From: Octopus vulgaris
Lineage: Eukaryota
Reading direction: 5' to 3'
DNA length: 64,000 nucleotides
Assembly: GCA_951406725.2 (NCBI GenBank)
Contig: OX597818.1
Span: 86,676,001-86,740,000, forward strand
The translations under genes and the position numbers were made by a program. Of this stretch, positions 12,383-26,214 are shown in pieces. Every line of letters begins with the position of its first letter. Within the stretch, counting starts at the first letter, position 1. The notes beneath the pieces were generated by a model. That model made no database searches. It saw nothing but the letters and a program-made list of their open reading frames with translations, and was not told the origin of the DNA.

Positions 12383-13249
12383 AATGCAGAAACAAAGTTA
12401 GTTTACATATAAAAAATGAAACTCGAACTATTATAGTTCTTAAATTTAACACGAACCGGAAGCCTGATTCGCTGGTGTAAATGTAACACACTTAGTTGCG
12501 TTAGTAGAGGGATGTGGGTTGGACTCCCAGGCGGATAGGAAGGCCTTCATTTTTTTGTCGAGGGCTTATATGTCCCTTTAATATTGCATGGTGATCGCCA
12601 TAAGCTTATATAAAATACCATTATATAAATATCTATCTATCTATATACATATATGCGTGTGTGTGTGTATGCAACGGTATTCTTGACAACCGGTTTTGGT
12701 GTGTTTACATCCCCGTAACTTAGCGGTTAGGCCAAACAAACCAATAAAATAAGTACTAGGTTTAAGAAATAAGTCCTGAGGTCGATTTGTTTGACTAAAA
12801 CCTTTCAAGGCTGTGCACCAGAATGGCCACAGTCAAACGACTGAAACAAGTAAAAGAATTAAAGGAAGGCGATTAACCCATTCCAATGAAAATTGCTGGA
12901 CATGTACCGAAGTTACTGGCCTAAGTCCTTTGTTCCCGATGGAGCAACGGCCAACAATGACTTTCCCACGTTGTTCTCGTGGTCGATAAACAAAGATGCG
13001 AACCAAGTACCAGGTTCGTTAGTATCAACTATTCAGCTCGAATGAAAATTGTTGGCTTTATACATAACTAATCGAAGGTATTCCGACCATGACCACCTCA
13101 TCATTTATCTGACATTGTTTAATTCCGGACTATATAATCTAATTTTTCTTCTTTATTCTAAAAACAAAAAAAAAACGTTGTTTGTGGTTTGAAGGAATTT
13201 GACTGTTATTTCTAGCCATCATATGGAGATTTCTTCACTAATAAGTAAT

Positions 13250-13680
13250 ATTTTTTTCTACTATAGGCACAAGGCTCGAAATTTTGGGAGAGGGGGCCAG
13301 TCGATTAGATCGACCCATAACGTAACTGGTACTTAATTTATCGACCCCGAAAGGATGAAAGGCAATGTCGAACTCGGCGAAATTTGAACTCAGAAATATG
13401 AAGACAGACGAAATACCTATTTCTTTATTGCCCACAAGGGACTAAACACAGAGAGGACAAACAAGGACAAACAAACGGATTAAGTCGATTATATCTACCC
13501 CAGTGCGTAACTGGTACTTATTTAATCGACCCTGAAAGGATGAAAGGCAAAGTGACCTCGGCGGAATTTGAACTCAGAACGTAGCGGCAGACGAAATACC
13601 TATTTCTATTTCTTTACTACCCACAAGGGGCTAAACACAGAGGGGGCAAACAAAGACAGACAAACTGATTAAGTCGATTA
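13250..13680 (-). mobile_element. SINE family A tandem multimer
   Basis: Repeated core plus tail units joined at aaata|ggtatttcgtctg. Confidence 0.85.
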
Positions 13681-13758
13681 TTATTCAAGTCACTGCCTGG
13701 AATCGAACTCGGAATCTTGGGGTTAGTAGCCCGCGCTCTTAACCACTACGCTATATGC
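13681..13758 (-). mobile_element. tRNA-like Pol III head of a fourth SINE-like family
   Basis: Minus strand TAGCGTAGTGG (A box) and AGTTCGATTCC (B box); no acceptor stem, so not a tRNA gene. Confidence 0.7.
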
Positions 13759-13759
13759 T

Positions 13760-13820
<61 letters not shown>

Positions 13821-13825
<5 letters not shown>

Positions 13826-14409
13826 GCCCTGATGCAGTACCAGGCAGTGGCTAAATGCCCTGATGCAGTACCAGGCAGTGGCTCTCATGGCTTCTGATCT
13901 TAACTGATTGGAGGTGTTATCATGTACATTGTTTTGTCTTGGTATAAAAGATGGGCTACAGCAAATATTCTGCTCAATACCACAGATTTGCTTGTCAGTT
14001 GTTTGACCTTAACCAGTTGAGCATGTCCCTTAGTGGCTGACGATATGTGCATCTCTGATCACGAGCAGAAGTAGTGGGGGAGCATCATAGCCATGTGTTG
14101 AGAAGGATTCTTTGGGGTTTGAATAATTCACCTCTGGAAACATGGGTGTTTCGTTCAACGTCCTTAAACAACCCTTATTCAGGGACCTTTTGAGCGGGAT
14201 GGGTTACTCGATCTGAAGAAATTCTAACTGGGCTCCACCTGCAAGGTCATGTGCTGTTTATCTTGATATGAGATCACCATATTGCGCACATATGGTTGTG
14301 ATGCATGTGCCTAGTGTACCCTTATAAGACGGGTAGTCATGATGGGTATACTGGGCTTTGTATATTTTACCCCAGTGTCACTTTGATGGCATGCACTGCT
14401 CTCTCACTC
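13821..14409 (+). mobile_element. about 560-bp non-coding element inserted in (TAA)n
   Basis: Highly similar to 37783-38340 (-) with the same ends; flanked by (TAA)n; first 31 bp tandemly duplicated. Confidence 0.85.
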
Positions 14410-14467
<58 letters not shown>

Positions 14468-14517
14468 GCATGGAAAAATATCTTAGGAATGAGAACCCAG
14501 GTTCGAAATTTTCCCAA

Positions 14518-14563
14518 GACACCTGATGAAAGCTGGAGGCTACATCAGCCGAAAAGTTGTGTT
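14518..14563 (+). ncRNA. degenerate minimal hammerhead motif
   Basis: GACAC CUGAUGA A AGCUG..CAGCC GAAA AGUU GUGUU: stem I GACAC/GUGUU, stem II GCUG/CAGC. Confidence 0.55.
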
Positions 14564-15542
14564 AATAAACAAGATGAGGACAAATATCCGTCAAATGTAA
14601 ATAATGCAAATAATGTATTCAATAGGAGATTAACGACTGACACTAATTTTCTCTCTCTCTCTCTCTCTCCCTTTCTCTCTCTCTCCCTTTCTCTCTCTCT
14701 CTCTCTCCCTCTCTCTCTCTCTCTTTCCCCGTGCAATTCCTTACGGTTCTGTCTGTTTTATTTTCTTGTTTAGCTGCAGGCCATCTCTAATTAAGCAAAA
14801 TACTATGTTATGTAATTCGTAACAACTGTAACAACCACGTAGAACGTATCTTGCTTATATGAAACGGTTTAGCCGAAGTTGTTTGGATTTGATATCTTGA
14901 TATCTTCTGACGATATCTAATACATAATTGAACCGATCCCTGAGTTAAGAAACAATAGAAATAAGTGATAATATTTGATCTATAACATACGATATACTTT
15001 AGATAATAAATCTCCAGGTTTGGCCTAAATTGACCTGTGGACTGTGTAAAGTACTTTATCTTTTTGACATGTAAATCAATTTATTATCGTTTTTCGATCG
15101 ATTTCAAGTTATAAAAATCGATATCACATACGAATAAAAGCTTGCTATTTGAGTAAACATGATATTCTTCGTAATACTGTGTATGTTGTATTTCTTCAAA
15201 TAAAGAAGGCGTAGAAGATTGGTCTTCTTATGGAGAATTCACCAGTGCTTGATTTGCAAAGAGATAACAGTCAAATCTCCCTCATGTCATCTGCTGTTCA
15301 ATTGCTACGTCTGAAACAAAAAGTGTTTGTTTGTTTTCATTTTGATTATTCGTTCGCTTGAACAAGGTTGACTGGTAACTGTACCAGAGGTCATTTGACT
15401 GCGTAGACATTTTTCAGCTGACTAAACAGTTAGATCATAAAAATGTAAAATGTTGACTGCACACACACATACACACGCTGATATATACACACATACATAT
15501 ATGCATACATAAATATGTGTATATATTTGTATATATATATAC

Positions 15543-15611
<69 letters not shown>

Positions 15612-15620
<9 letters not shown>

Positions 15621-16450
15621 CTCAACTTGTGTGTCTGTGTGTGTATCTGTGTGTGTATTTGTGTGTGTATCTGTGTGTGTGTCTGTGTGTTTAACTTCCC
15701 GGCACATCTCTTCCTAGCCAACAAATCGTAGAACCACCAAAAATGGGTCACTTAAAGTTTAGGCGAATGAAAATTGAACTGCGCTATTTCTGTTCTGAAA
15801 TTCATCTCGCAAGTGCAAAAATCGATAATGTGTTTGTTTAGGCCTTATCCCATGCATTGAATAGTGAACTTTACTCAATCAGCTGTTTGACGTGAACTGT
15901 GTTCACCACGCGTGCAAGCATACGTAAATTGCATGAAAAATAAAAAATCAAGATATAAAAACCAATCGCCGTAAACATTGTAGAAATTCGGCAAAGAAAT
16001 TAATTTTCGGGATGTAGCCTGGAGGGTTTTTCGTATTAATCGTTTGGACTTTGTGAACACATACCAATTGTTTTCGTAACATTTTAAACGTTTTGAATTA
16101 AATGTGACCATTTTGCGTTGAGTCTGCAGTTTGAATCACTTTAACCAAATTTTAGCAGGCCGGATTTTTGATCATCACGATACATCGCCAGCGACTCCCT
16201 GAAATCCCCGTTGAGAAATACTGATCTAAAAGAATAATTCAACAATGCAATTATTTGATCAACAAAAATTTATGAAACCCTTCTACGTACTTCCTATTGA
16301 GGAAATGGAACACATAAGAGCAAAAATAGAGGGCATTAACTGCTTGATTTTAGAACCAAAATAATTGACTTTTGATTGAACTTCATCCAAGTTTAGCTTA
16401 ATTCGCTCGTGCATAGAACGCACGAGCGCACGAGCCGGGCAATACTGCTA

Positions 16451-16451
<1 letters not shown>
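15612..16451 (+). mobile_element. non-autonomous Helitron-like element
   Basis: 3' hairpin gctcgtgc-atagaac-gcacgagc; terminus gccgggcaatactgCTAG shared with 7073-7090; in (TA)n. Confidence 0.75.
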
Positions 16452-16503
<52 letters not shown>

Positions 16504-16532
16504 TTCGGAATGGTCATATTGCCAGTTTAAAC

Positions 16533-16591
<59 letters not shown>

Positions 16592-16635
16592 ATAGATAAA
16601 TTTATATATATATCTCTTTCTTTCTTTTGTATATA

Positions 16636-16691
<56 letters not shown>

Positions 16692-16768
16692 GTATATATA
16701 CAAATGTATATATAAATGTAAATATATAAATGTATATATTTATATATATATATACATTTGTATATATA

Positions 16769-16807
<39 letters not shown>

Positions 16808-16979
16808 TGTATTTATGTATATATGTATGTATGTATCTATCAATCTATCTATCTATCTATCTCTATCTCTCTATATACGAAATTCCATGAATCTTTACTC
16901 CGAGTATCTCTGTTAAGTTTCTGCCATTGCCTCCCAACCACAAAAGAAATAACGAGATAAATAAATAAAGAAAGAAATA

Positions 16980-17011
<32 letters not shown>

Positions 17012-17106
17012 ACCGCATAATACTAACGTACTTCCCTGTTTCATCCTAAGCTATGCCTTTTCTGCCTCTTGTTTTCACTCAATTGTTTTCTTTTCCAACT
17101 CGAAAG

Positions 17107-17154
<48 letters not shown>

Positions 17155-18138
17155 CAAACATGCATACCGTCACATACTGTGGTGTGCAGTATGATTAGTA
17201 GAGAGGCTGATAAGTGCTCATCAGTTTGAAGTGGAGGAGAGTATAACAGTTCATTATGTCTATACCCACTCAACGTGAAAGCCAGTAAAAAGAACCTCTT
17301 TCTCCCTCCCCCTTCCAAAGTCAAATCCATAGACTAAACAGCATAACAACGTAATGGCGGAAAGCAAGTAGGACGAAGATTGATTAAGTCAATGATAAAT
17401 TAACTTTACCAAGAGCCATTCTAAAAGATTTATATTGAGAATGATGAAGGGGAACTGATCTGTCACTTCCCTGTAGGTTTCTGTTAATCCTTCCTCGTGA
17501 TGGCTGCTTGTTATTAACTCTTCATCCTTCATCTTCGTCTCTTCATTGTTCATCTTTTAAGCTTCTATAGTCTTTATTTTTGGTTTCGTTCCATTCATTG
17601 GACTGCGGCCATGGTGGAGCATCGTCTTGAAGGGTTTAGTGGAATAGATAAATTCCAGTACTTATTTAAAAAAGAAAAAGGTTATTCTGATACTTAGAAT
17701 GTTAAGTTACGAGGACGTAAACAAAACAACAACGGTTGTCAAGCGGTTGCGGGTAGGCTATAAACAGAAACACTGACACATATCCGTCTCTTCCTTTCTC
17801 TCTCCCAGTCTGTCTGTTTGTCTCTGTCTGTCTGTCTATCTTTCTCTGTTTGTCTGTCTGTCCCTCTCCCTGTCTCTCTCTCAGTCTGTCTGTCTGTCTC
17901 TCTCTCTCTGTCCCTCTCTCTGTCAGTCTCTCTGTCTGTCTCTCTCTCTACCTATATATTTATTTATATGCGCCATGTAATCTCTCACCGTTCGATCCAT
18001 AGAATCTTGTATTTCTTGCACTATGTGTGTGCATGAATGTGTGTGCGTGTGTGTGTGAGTGCGTGCGTGTGTGTATGTGTAGCTAGCTAGATAGATAAAT
18101 AGACAGACAGACACATAGATAGACAGACAAACAGACAC

Positions 18139-18339
<201 letters not shown>

Positions 18340-18894
18340 TAGATGTATATTTATTCGACGGTTTCTCATATTTTCTGTATAACAAAGTTACTCATATGGC
18401 ATTGAACAACGAAGCATGCACTTAACATGTCGAGCAGCGGAACTGAACATCACTTTCAACAGAAAACCAGTTGGTTGCGAATCGAATTCTTAATTACACA
18501 GTCGCGCCTTCGTCTATATATCAACATTTGGCAATTCTTCTTTTTTATCGGAAACTGACCTCTGATCAATGTCCAATGTCCAGTACTACAAAATCTGATT
18601 CCAAAAATAGTTTACCTTCTTTGTTTATATTAACCTGAATATAGCTTCTTGCTCGTGTTTTTATGGCTGAGTAAGGGTTTTATACTACGAGATGAAAGTA
18701 TTCCACCACATTGAACGGTAGCTTCATGTCTTGGATAAGTGCGGGAACCGTCACGTCCCAACCATGACTAATTGGCACGAAAAACAACCAACAAAAAGCA
18801 ACGTTAGTCAGAGGAAAAGCTTTGTATTTTCTTAATAGTTTCACTGCACACTACACGGCAAGCCGCTTTAATTCTACTGCAAGCCATTTTAACT

Positions 18895-19493
18895 CTTATT
18901 TCTTTATTGCCCACGAGGGGCTAAACATAGAGGGGACAAAAAACGACAGACAAAGGGATTAAGTCGATTACATCGACACCAGTGCGTAACTGGTACTTAA
19001 TTTATCGACCCCGAAAGGATGAAAGGCAAAGTCGACCTCGGAAGAATTGGAACTCAGAACGTAACGGTAGACAAAATACTTATTTCTTTACTGCCCACAA
19101 AGGGCTAAACATAGAGGGGACAAACAACGACAGACAAACGGATTAAATCGATTACATCAATCCCAGAGCGTAACTGGTACTTAATTTATCGACCCTGAAA
19201 GGATGAAAGGCAAAGTCGACCTCGGCGGAATTGGAACTCAGAACGTAACGGCAGGCGAAATACCTATTTCTTTACTGCCCACAAGGGGCTACATACAGAG
19301 GGGACAAACAAAGACAGACAAATGGATTAAGTCGATTATATCGACCCCAGTGCGTAACTGGTACTTATTTAATCAACCCCGAAAAGATGAAAGGCAAAGT
19401 TGACCTCGGCGGAATTTGAACTCCGAACGTAGCGGCAGACAAAATACCGCTAAGCATTTCGCCTGGCGTGCTAACGTTTCTGCCAGCTCGCCA
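18895..19493 (-). mobile_element. SINE family A trimer
   Basis: One complete head at about 19493 plus three core/tail units. Confidence 0.9.
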
Positions 19494-20549
19494 TTTTAAC
19501 GCTATACGGCAAGCCATTTTAACTCTACTGTTTTAAGTTGAAGTATGATATCTGTCGATTGCACAGCGTGGTAATAATCCTTTCTGCTGTAGGCACAACG
19601 TCTGAAATTTTGGGGAGGCGGACTAGTCGATTACATCGACCCCAGTGTTTCACTGGTACTTAATTTATCTACTCCAAAAAGATAAAAAGCAAAGTCAACC
19701 TCGGTAGCATTCGAACTTAGAGCATAAATATGGATCAAATGCTGCTAAGCATTTCATCCGGCGTGCTAACGATTCTGCTAGCTCGCCGCTTTATACAGAG
19801 TAACAATAATGAGAGTGAGTATTAAGAGGTCGTTCGATATACTAGAAATAGCAGCCAAATCTCCCTCGAATCACGTCCTGTTGTCTTAAAAAGAAAAGGG
19901 GAAGCAGGCCTTTAACTGCTGATAGGGTTGCCTTCATGATAGCCTATCCCTGTGATCGCGGACGATTTCTTTTGGAGAGAGAGAGAAAGAAAGAGAGAGC
20001 GAGATAGGGAGAAGGAGAGGGAAAGAGAGGGGAGAAAGAGAATGAGGGAGTAAACTGAGTAAATTCGATCACGGTACTGGACTGGTACTTTGTTTATCGA
20101 CCTTGAAAGATAGCAGGAATAGTTGATCTCGGAATGACTTGAACTCAGAGCAAATAGAGCCGCAGTGTTTTACTGCAAGACATTCGATACACGAATGAAT
20201 CGGCTTTGTCACCACCCTTTAGTACTCCTCCTCCTCTTCTTCTTCCTCCTCCCCCTCTTCCTCCTTCACCTCTTCCTCCTCTCCTCATTCTCCTCCCCTC
20301 TTCATCCTCTCCTCCTCCTCTTCTCCCACCACCACCACCACCACTAACAAGACTAGTAAGACTGAATGGTCATGATTAGTATGGTTCTGATCATAGGCAG
20401 GCTCGATCGGAACTGACCAGGGGCTAGGGCTAAATAACATACTAATCCGAATATCATAAAATCAGACTCGATAAAGAACAACAACAGCAGGATCAACAGC
20501 AACAGCAACAGCAGTCATAGCAACAAAGACAGCAGCCATAGCAACAATT

Positions 20550-21410
20550 CAATCAAGCCCTTCGTTTCCTGCGGAGCATAGGCCATCGACAACGTTTCTT
20601 CATTCTTCTCGATTCCAGGCTGTAAAGCATCCCTTTGTCAGGTTTTGTAGGTTGTGAATTGTCATCGATGTTTTTATAAATTTGCTTTTATTCTAGGTTA
20701 GGCTATTGGCCCCATGCAAGCCAATTTTCATTCTTGGGTAGCGGTGGTCTCTATTATTCTGACCTCTGACCTTTGAGACTGTCCATATGAAAAGCTCTGA
20801 AGGAATGCCTCTCTTCCTCAGGTCTTATAAGTTGTGAATTGTCATCGATGTTTCTACAAATTTGCTTTTATTCTATGTTAGGCTATTGACCCTATGCAAC
20901 CCCATTTTTATTCTTGGGTAACGGTGGTCTATATTATTCTGACCTCTAACCTTTGAGACTGTCCATATAAAAAAACTCTGAAGGCATGCCTCTCTTTCTT
21001 AGGTCTTATAAGTTGTGAATTATCATCGATATTTCTAAAAATTCGTTTTTATTCTAGGTTGGGATATTGGCACAATGCAAGCCAATTTCTCTTTCTGGGA
21101 AGTGGTGGTCCATATTATTCTAGTTTCTATCCTTTGACATCGTCCCTGTGGAAGACCCTGAAGGAAGGCCTTCTTCTCTCAAGTCTTGTTTGTTTTGAAT
21201 TGTCATTGGCACTTATGTAAGTAGGGATATTGGCCCTTGTAAACTAATTTTTACCTTTGGGAAGAAGTGGTTTTTATCAGTCTTGGCTCTCTATCCTTTG
21301 ATCTGTCCAGCAATGGCGGTGGGTGGGTGGAGGGCAACCAGTAGCTTTCACTCTACTGGTACAGCTTTCAGGATCATTGAGATACACAAGCCACTACACC
21401 ATGACAAAGA
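20550..21410 (-). mobile_element. RTE-derived non-autonomous element with about 4 x 180-bp internal tandem repeat
   Basis: Unit marker at 20651, 20831, 21012 and 21192. RTE-like 5' end (cttgtgtatctcaatgatcctga) and 3' end (ggcctatgctcc...gaagggctt) on the minus strand. Confidence 0.6.
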
Positions 21411-22580
21411 CTGAACTTCGTGGTGACAATAGCAGTAAGGCTATAGATAATCACATTGGCCCCAGATGTTCCATATTAGTATCGAACTTCGAACATTGTG
21501 GTTGCGAAGTGAACGACTTAACCATTCGGCGATACTACTGCACCGGTAACATTTGTTCCTACTTGTAATAACCATGACACAGAGGTATCATAGTTCCTAA
21601 TATACCCCTGTTGCCATTGTAAAGAGGGTTTAAACAACGACAGTAACTCATGCCAAACAATGATATTAGTTGTAAAGGTAAGGCGACAAGCTGGCTCGCC
21701 GGACAAGATGGTTAGTGACATTTCGTCCGTCTTTACGTTCTGATTTCAACTTCTACCGAGGTTGACTTTGCCTCTCATCCTTTCAGGGTCGATAAATTAA
21801 GCACCAGCTGAACTCTGAGATCGAAGAACAATTGAGACTTTGTGCCTATATTTGAAAGAATAAGGCAGTAAGCTGGCAGAAGCGTTAGCATTTCAAGAAA
21901 AATTCTGAGCAGCATTTCTTCTGAATTTACGTTCTGGGTTCAAATTTCGCCGAGGTCTACTTCGTCTTTGATATTTTCATAAGTACCAGTCGAATACTGG
22001 ATCAATGCAATCGGCTATCTCGCCTCCAAGAAAATTTCAGGCCCATCGCCTATATCAGAAAGGATATTTGCAGGAAAGTCTCGAGTTTCTTAAAATAGCT
22101 GCAACTTATCATCTCGGTCACTCTCAAACGTTTAAAGTAAAGAGACACATGAAACAATGTGGTCCTAAATGCATTATATCTGGGAAACAAAAACATAGGG
22201 AATGGTAGAGATTGATTAACTTTTGATCATAGTTCTCCTCAATAAAAGCTGACCTGGGGTTAAAAAAGAAGAGGATAAAATAAATTTAACAAGCGGCCAT
22301 CGATCAAATCAACCATTGTGTTCCCCAGCGGAAAACCGATATTTATTTGTACATCTTTTATATGTTATGATATTGTTTTTAGCTTAAATTGAAGAGCATA
22401 AAAGTTCGTAGTGGTTTATTTAATAAAACTACTATTACTATAATCTCTGACTCTCTTCTTATGTGTATGTGTGTGTATGTGTGTATTTCTATATATATGT
22501 ATGTGTATTAATATATATATATATATTTGTTATCAGGCTACTAGTTATCTAAATCCTTACCAATCTACATATCTCTATAA

Positions 22581-22655
<75 letters not shown>

Positions 22656-22656
22656 A

Positions 22657-22710
<54 letters not shown>

Positions 22711-22731
22711 ATATATATATATATATATATA

Positions 22732-22764
<33 letters not shown>

Positions 22765-23149
22765 GTCGCAGGAGGAGAATGCAAGTGTATGTATGTGCGA
22801 AAGCGGGAGAAAGTGGGGAGAAAAAAGAAGAAAAAAGAAGACAGCTGGTCAACTATACACACCATACAACCACAAATATGTATACTAGAATTTCAATGTC
22901 TGCTGATGGAGCCTATTTCATAACTATTGCCAATGTATTACATATCGACCATAACCACATCACAAAGAAGTCTCAAATATATTACACTCTGTATATATTG
23001 CGGTTATATTGCAGTTTATTATAAAATATATGACGCACGTATTACAAACCACACGTGCACTGAGGTGGATACACACACACATACAAACACACGCACACGC
23101 ACGCACTCTCACATTTGCATGTATGTATGTGTATATATGTGAAAGGTAT

Positions 23150-23333
23150 ACTCTTTTACTCTTTTACTTGTTTCAGTCACTTGACTGTGGCCATGCTGGA
23201 GCACCACAGGACTTATTCTTTGTAAGCCTAGTGCTTATTCTATCGGTCTCTTTTGCTGAACCGCTAAGTTTCGGGGATGTAAACACACCAGCATCGGTTT
23301 TCAAGCGATAATGGGGGGACAAACACAGACACA

Positions 23334-23425
<92 letters not shown>

Positions 23426-23618
23426 CACATATATACACATATATATATATATATACGACGGGCTTCTTTCAGTTTCCGTCTACCAAATCCCCTCACAAGG
23501 CTTTGGTCGGCCCGGGGCCATAGTAGAAGACACTTGCCCAAGGTACCAGGCAATGGGACTGAACCCGGAACCTTGTGAGTAGACTTTGAAGGCGGAAAAC
23601 TGGAAGAAGCCTGTCGTC

Positions 23619-23693
<75 letters not shown>

Positions 23694-24095
23694 GTTGGAA
23701 TTTACAAAAAACAAAAGACGAAGACAGGTGTGTAAACAACAAACAGGGCAAGTGTCTTCAACTATAGCCTCGGGCCGACCAAAGCCTTGTGAGTGGATTT
23801 GGTTGACGGAAACTGAAAGAAGCCCATCGTATATATGTATATATATATGTGTGTGTGTGTGCGTGTGTGTCTGTGTGTCTGTGTTTGTTCCTCCCCCACC
23901 CAACATCGCTTGACAACCAATGCTGGTGTGTTTGCGTCCTCGTAACGTAGCGGTTCAGCAAAAGAGACCAATAGAATAAGTACTAGGCTTACAAAGAATA
24001 AGTCCTGTTGTCGATTTGCTCGACTAAAGGCGGTGCTCCAGCATGGTCACACTCAAATGACTGAAACAAGTAAAAGAGTAAAGAGAGTAAGAGTA
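23150..24095. mobile_element. two SINE family C copies back to back (23150-23570 -, 23745-24095 +)
   Basis: Core gggcaagtgtcttc..actatagcctcgggccgaccaaagcc and tail gactgaaacaagtaaaagag. Confidence 0.85.
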
Positions 24096-24469
24096 AACAT
24101 CTTTTTTTATACAACTTTATCTGATACTGGATATACAAACATTTTTATTGCAATGTTTGAAAGACACTCCGGTCTTGATGACTAACTAAAGATATCTCAG
24201 AAAAATACGGGTGTTGCAAAAATATGGTAGATTATCCTTCTGGTCCTAAAAAAGGACCATGGGCGCTAATGGGTTAAGTTCTTCCTGAAAAAATTCAAGC
24301 CGTTGCTAACAAAGTAACCAGATTTTTTGAGTTGAGAGAGTACCCGGTGTTTTTAAATATGCGATGTGTATGTTGATTGCAATGTGGATGCACTCAGCAA
24401 GTGTTTGCATCTATTGAGTTTAGAAACTCAGGAGCATGTACCTATGTGCTGCTGCTGCTGCTGCTGAGG

Positions 24470-24802
24470 CCCCCTTCGGTCATGAATGACCATGGGGATT
24501 GCACCTAGAAAGTTACCCTCCCATCACAAGTCCGGGCAAGGTTGTTTTATGGAAGGCCAGCAGTCGCCCATGCATACCGACCTCCCCTCTCTACGCCACC
24601 AGTGTTATCCAAGGGAAAGACAAAGGAGCCGAGACAGCTTGGCACCTGTGACATCGCAACTCATTTCTACAGCTGAGTGATCTGGAGCAACATGAAATAA
24701 TGTGTCTTGCTCAAGAACACAACACGCAGCCCGGTCCGAGATTCGAACTCACAACCTCACGATCGTAAGGTCGACGCTCTAACCACTGAGCCATGCGCCT
24801 TC
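24470..24802 (-). mobile_element. SINE family B
   Basis: Reverse complement of 7282-7612. Confidence 0.9.
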
Positions 24803-24826
24803 ACACTCTACCTATGTACGTATGTG

Positions 24827-24858
<32 letters not shown>

Positions 24859-24927
24859 TGTATGTATGTATGTATGCATGTATGCATGTATGTATTATGT
24901 ACGTATATAAGCATGTATGTAAGTATA

Positions 24928-24964
<37 letters not shown>

Positions 24965-25920
24965 ATCTATAAATGTACGTATGTATATATGCATGTATGC
25001 ACGTGTTTATACACACATAAGATTCATCTCTTTGATCAAACGCAGCGAGAGACTCTGAGTAGAGCTACTAATTGAATAGTCCGTCATTTCCAAATAAATA
25101 AACTCCACAGCTTGTATTGAGCACTTTTCAGCTCGTTCGTAACACAAAGTTATAAAGCATTTGTGATAGAGAGAGAAAGAGAGAGAGGGAGAGAGAGAAA
25201 GAGAGAATGTGTATGTGTGTATCTACAGGTGTGCAAGTATTTTAAAAAATGGCGGGGAGAAACCAGTTGAGTAAATTACAGCGGAAGTCACAGCTAATCT
25301 GGGCGGAAGTAGGATTTTCTATATATTTCTTTATCTTCCCTCCTTTTTCTTTGTTCATTCATCTCCTTCATTAATAGCACAGTATTCAATAGACACTCCA
25401 CTGCAGATTATAGCCCTAAGCCAGACACGTGCCGGATTAAACTTCATCATCACTCTAATCTCTCGTTTTTTTTTATTTCACCAACTTCATCTCTCACTTT
25501 CATCTTTCTCTCTTCCTTTCTTTCTCTCTTCCTTTCTCTCTCTCTCTCTCTCTCATATATGGGTATATGTATAACCTCTCCCTCCTTTCTTTTATCTCTC
25601 TCTTCTCGTGTGTCTATTTTCTCAGTTTCTATGTGCGCACGTGTGCGTGTGTATTGACATATATATGGATGTATTTATGTATATCTATATACATATATAT
25701 GCATACATATGTATATATATGTATGTGTGTGTCTTCATATATATATAGAGAGAGAGATGTGCGTATATATATATATATATATAATCGTCTTTCGATTTCT
25801 TTTTCTTACATCTCTTTGTCCACGTCCATATCCCACTCACTCTCACATGATATCTCCCTTTTTGTATGCGTGTGTGTGCGTGTAATGTGCGTGTGTATAT
25901 GTAGTCTTGTATTTCATTCA

Positions 25921-25957
<37 letters not shown>

Positions 25958-26006
25958 ATTATGTCAAGTATATAAATACCTCTTAAAGGGCTCTCATATA
26001 TATGTG

Positions 26007-26055
<49 letters not shown>

Positions 26056-26180
26056 ATACATACAAACATACATACATACATACATACATACATACATACA
26101 TGCATGCATGCATACATGCGTACATACATACATACATAAATACATACATACTTACATACAGACATACATAAATTCATACA

Positions 26181-26214
<34 letters not shown>

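Noticed and set aside
20639-21310. CRISPR-like periodicity
   Set aside because: Whole 180-bp units repeat with no unique spacers; eukaryotic context and no cas genes.
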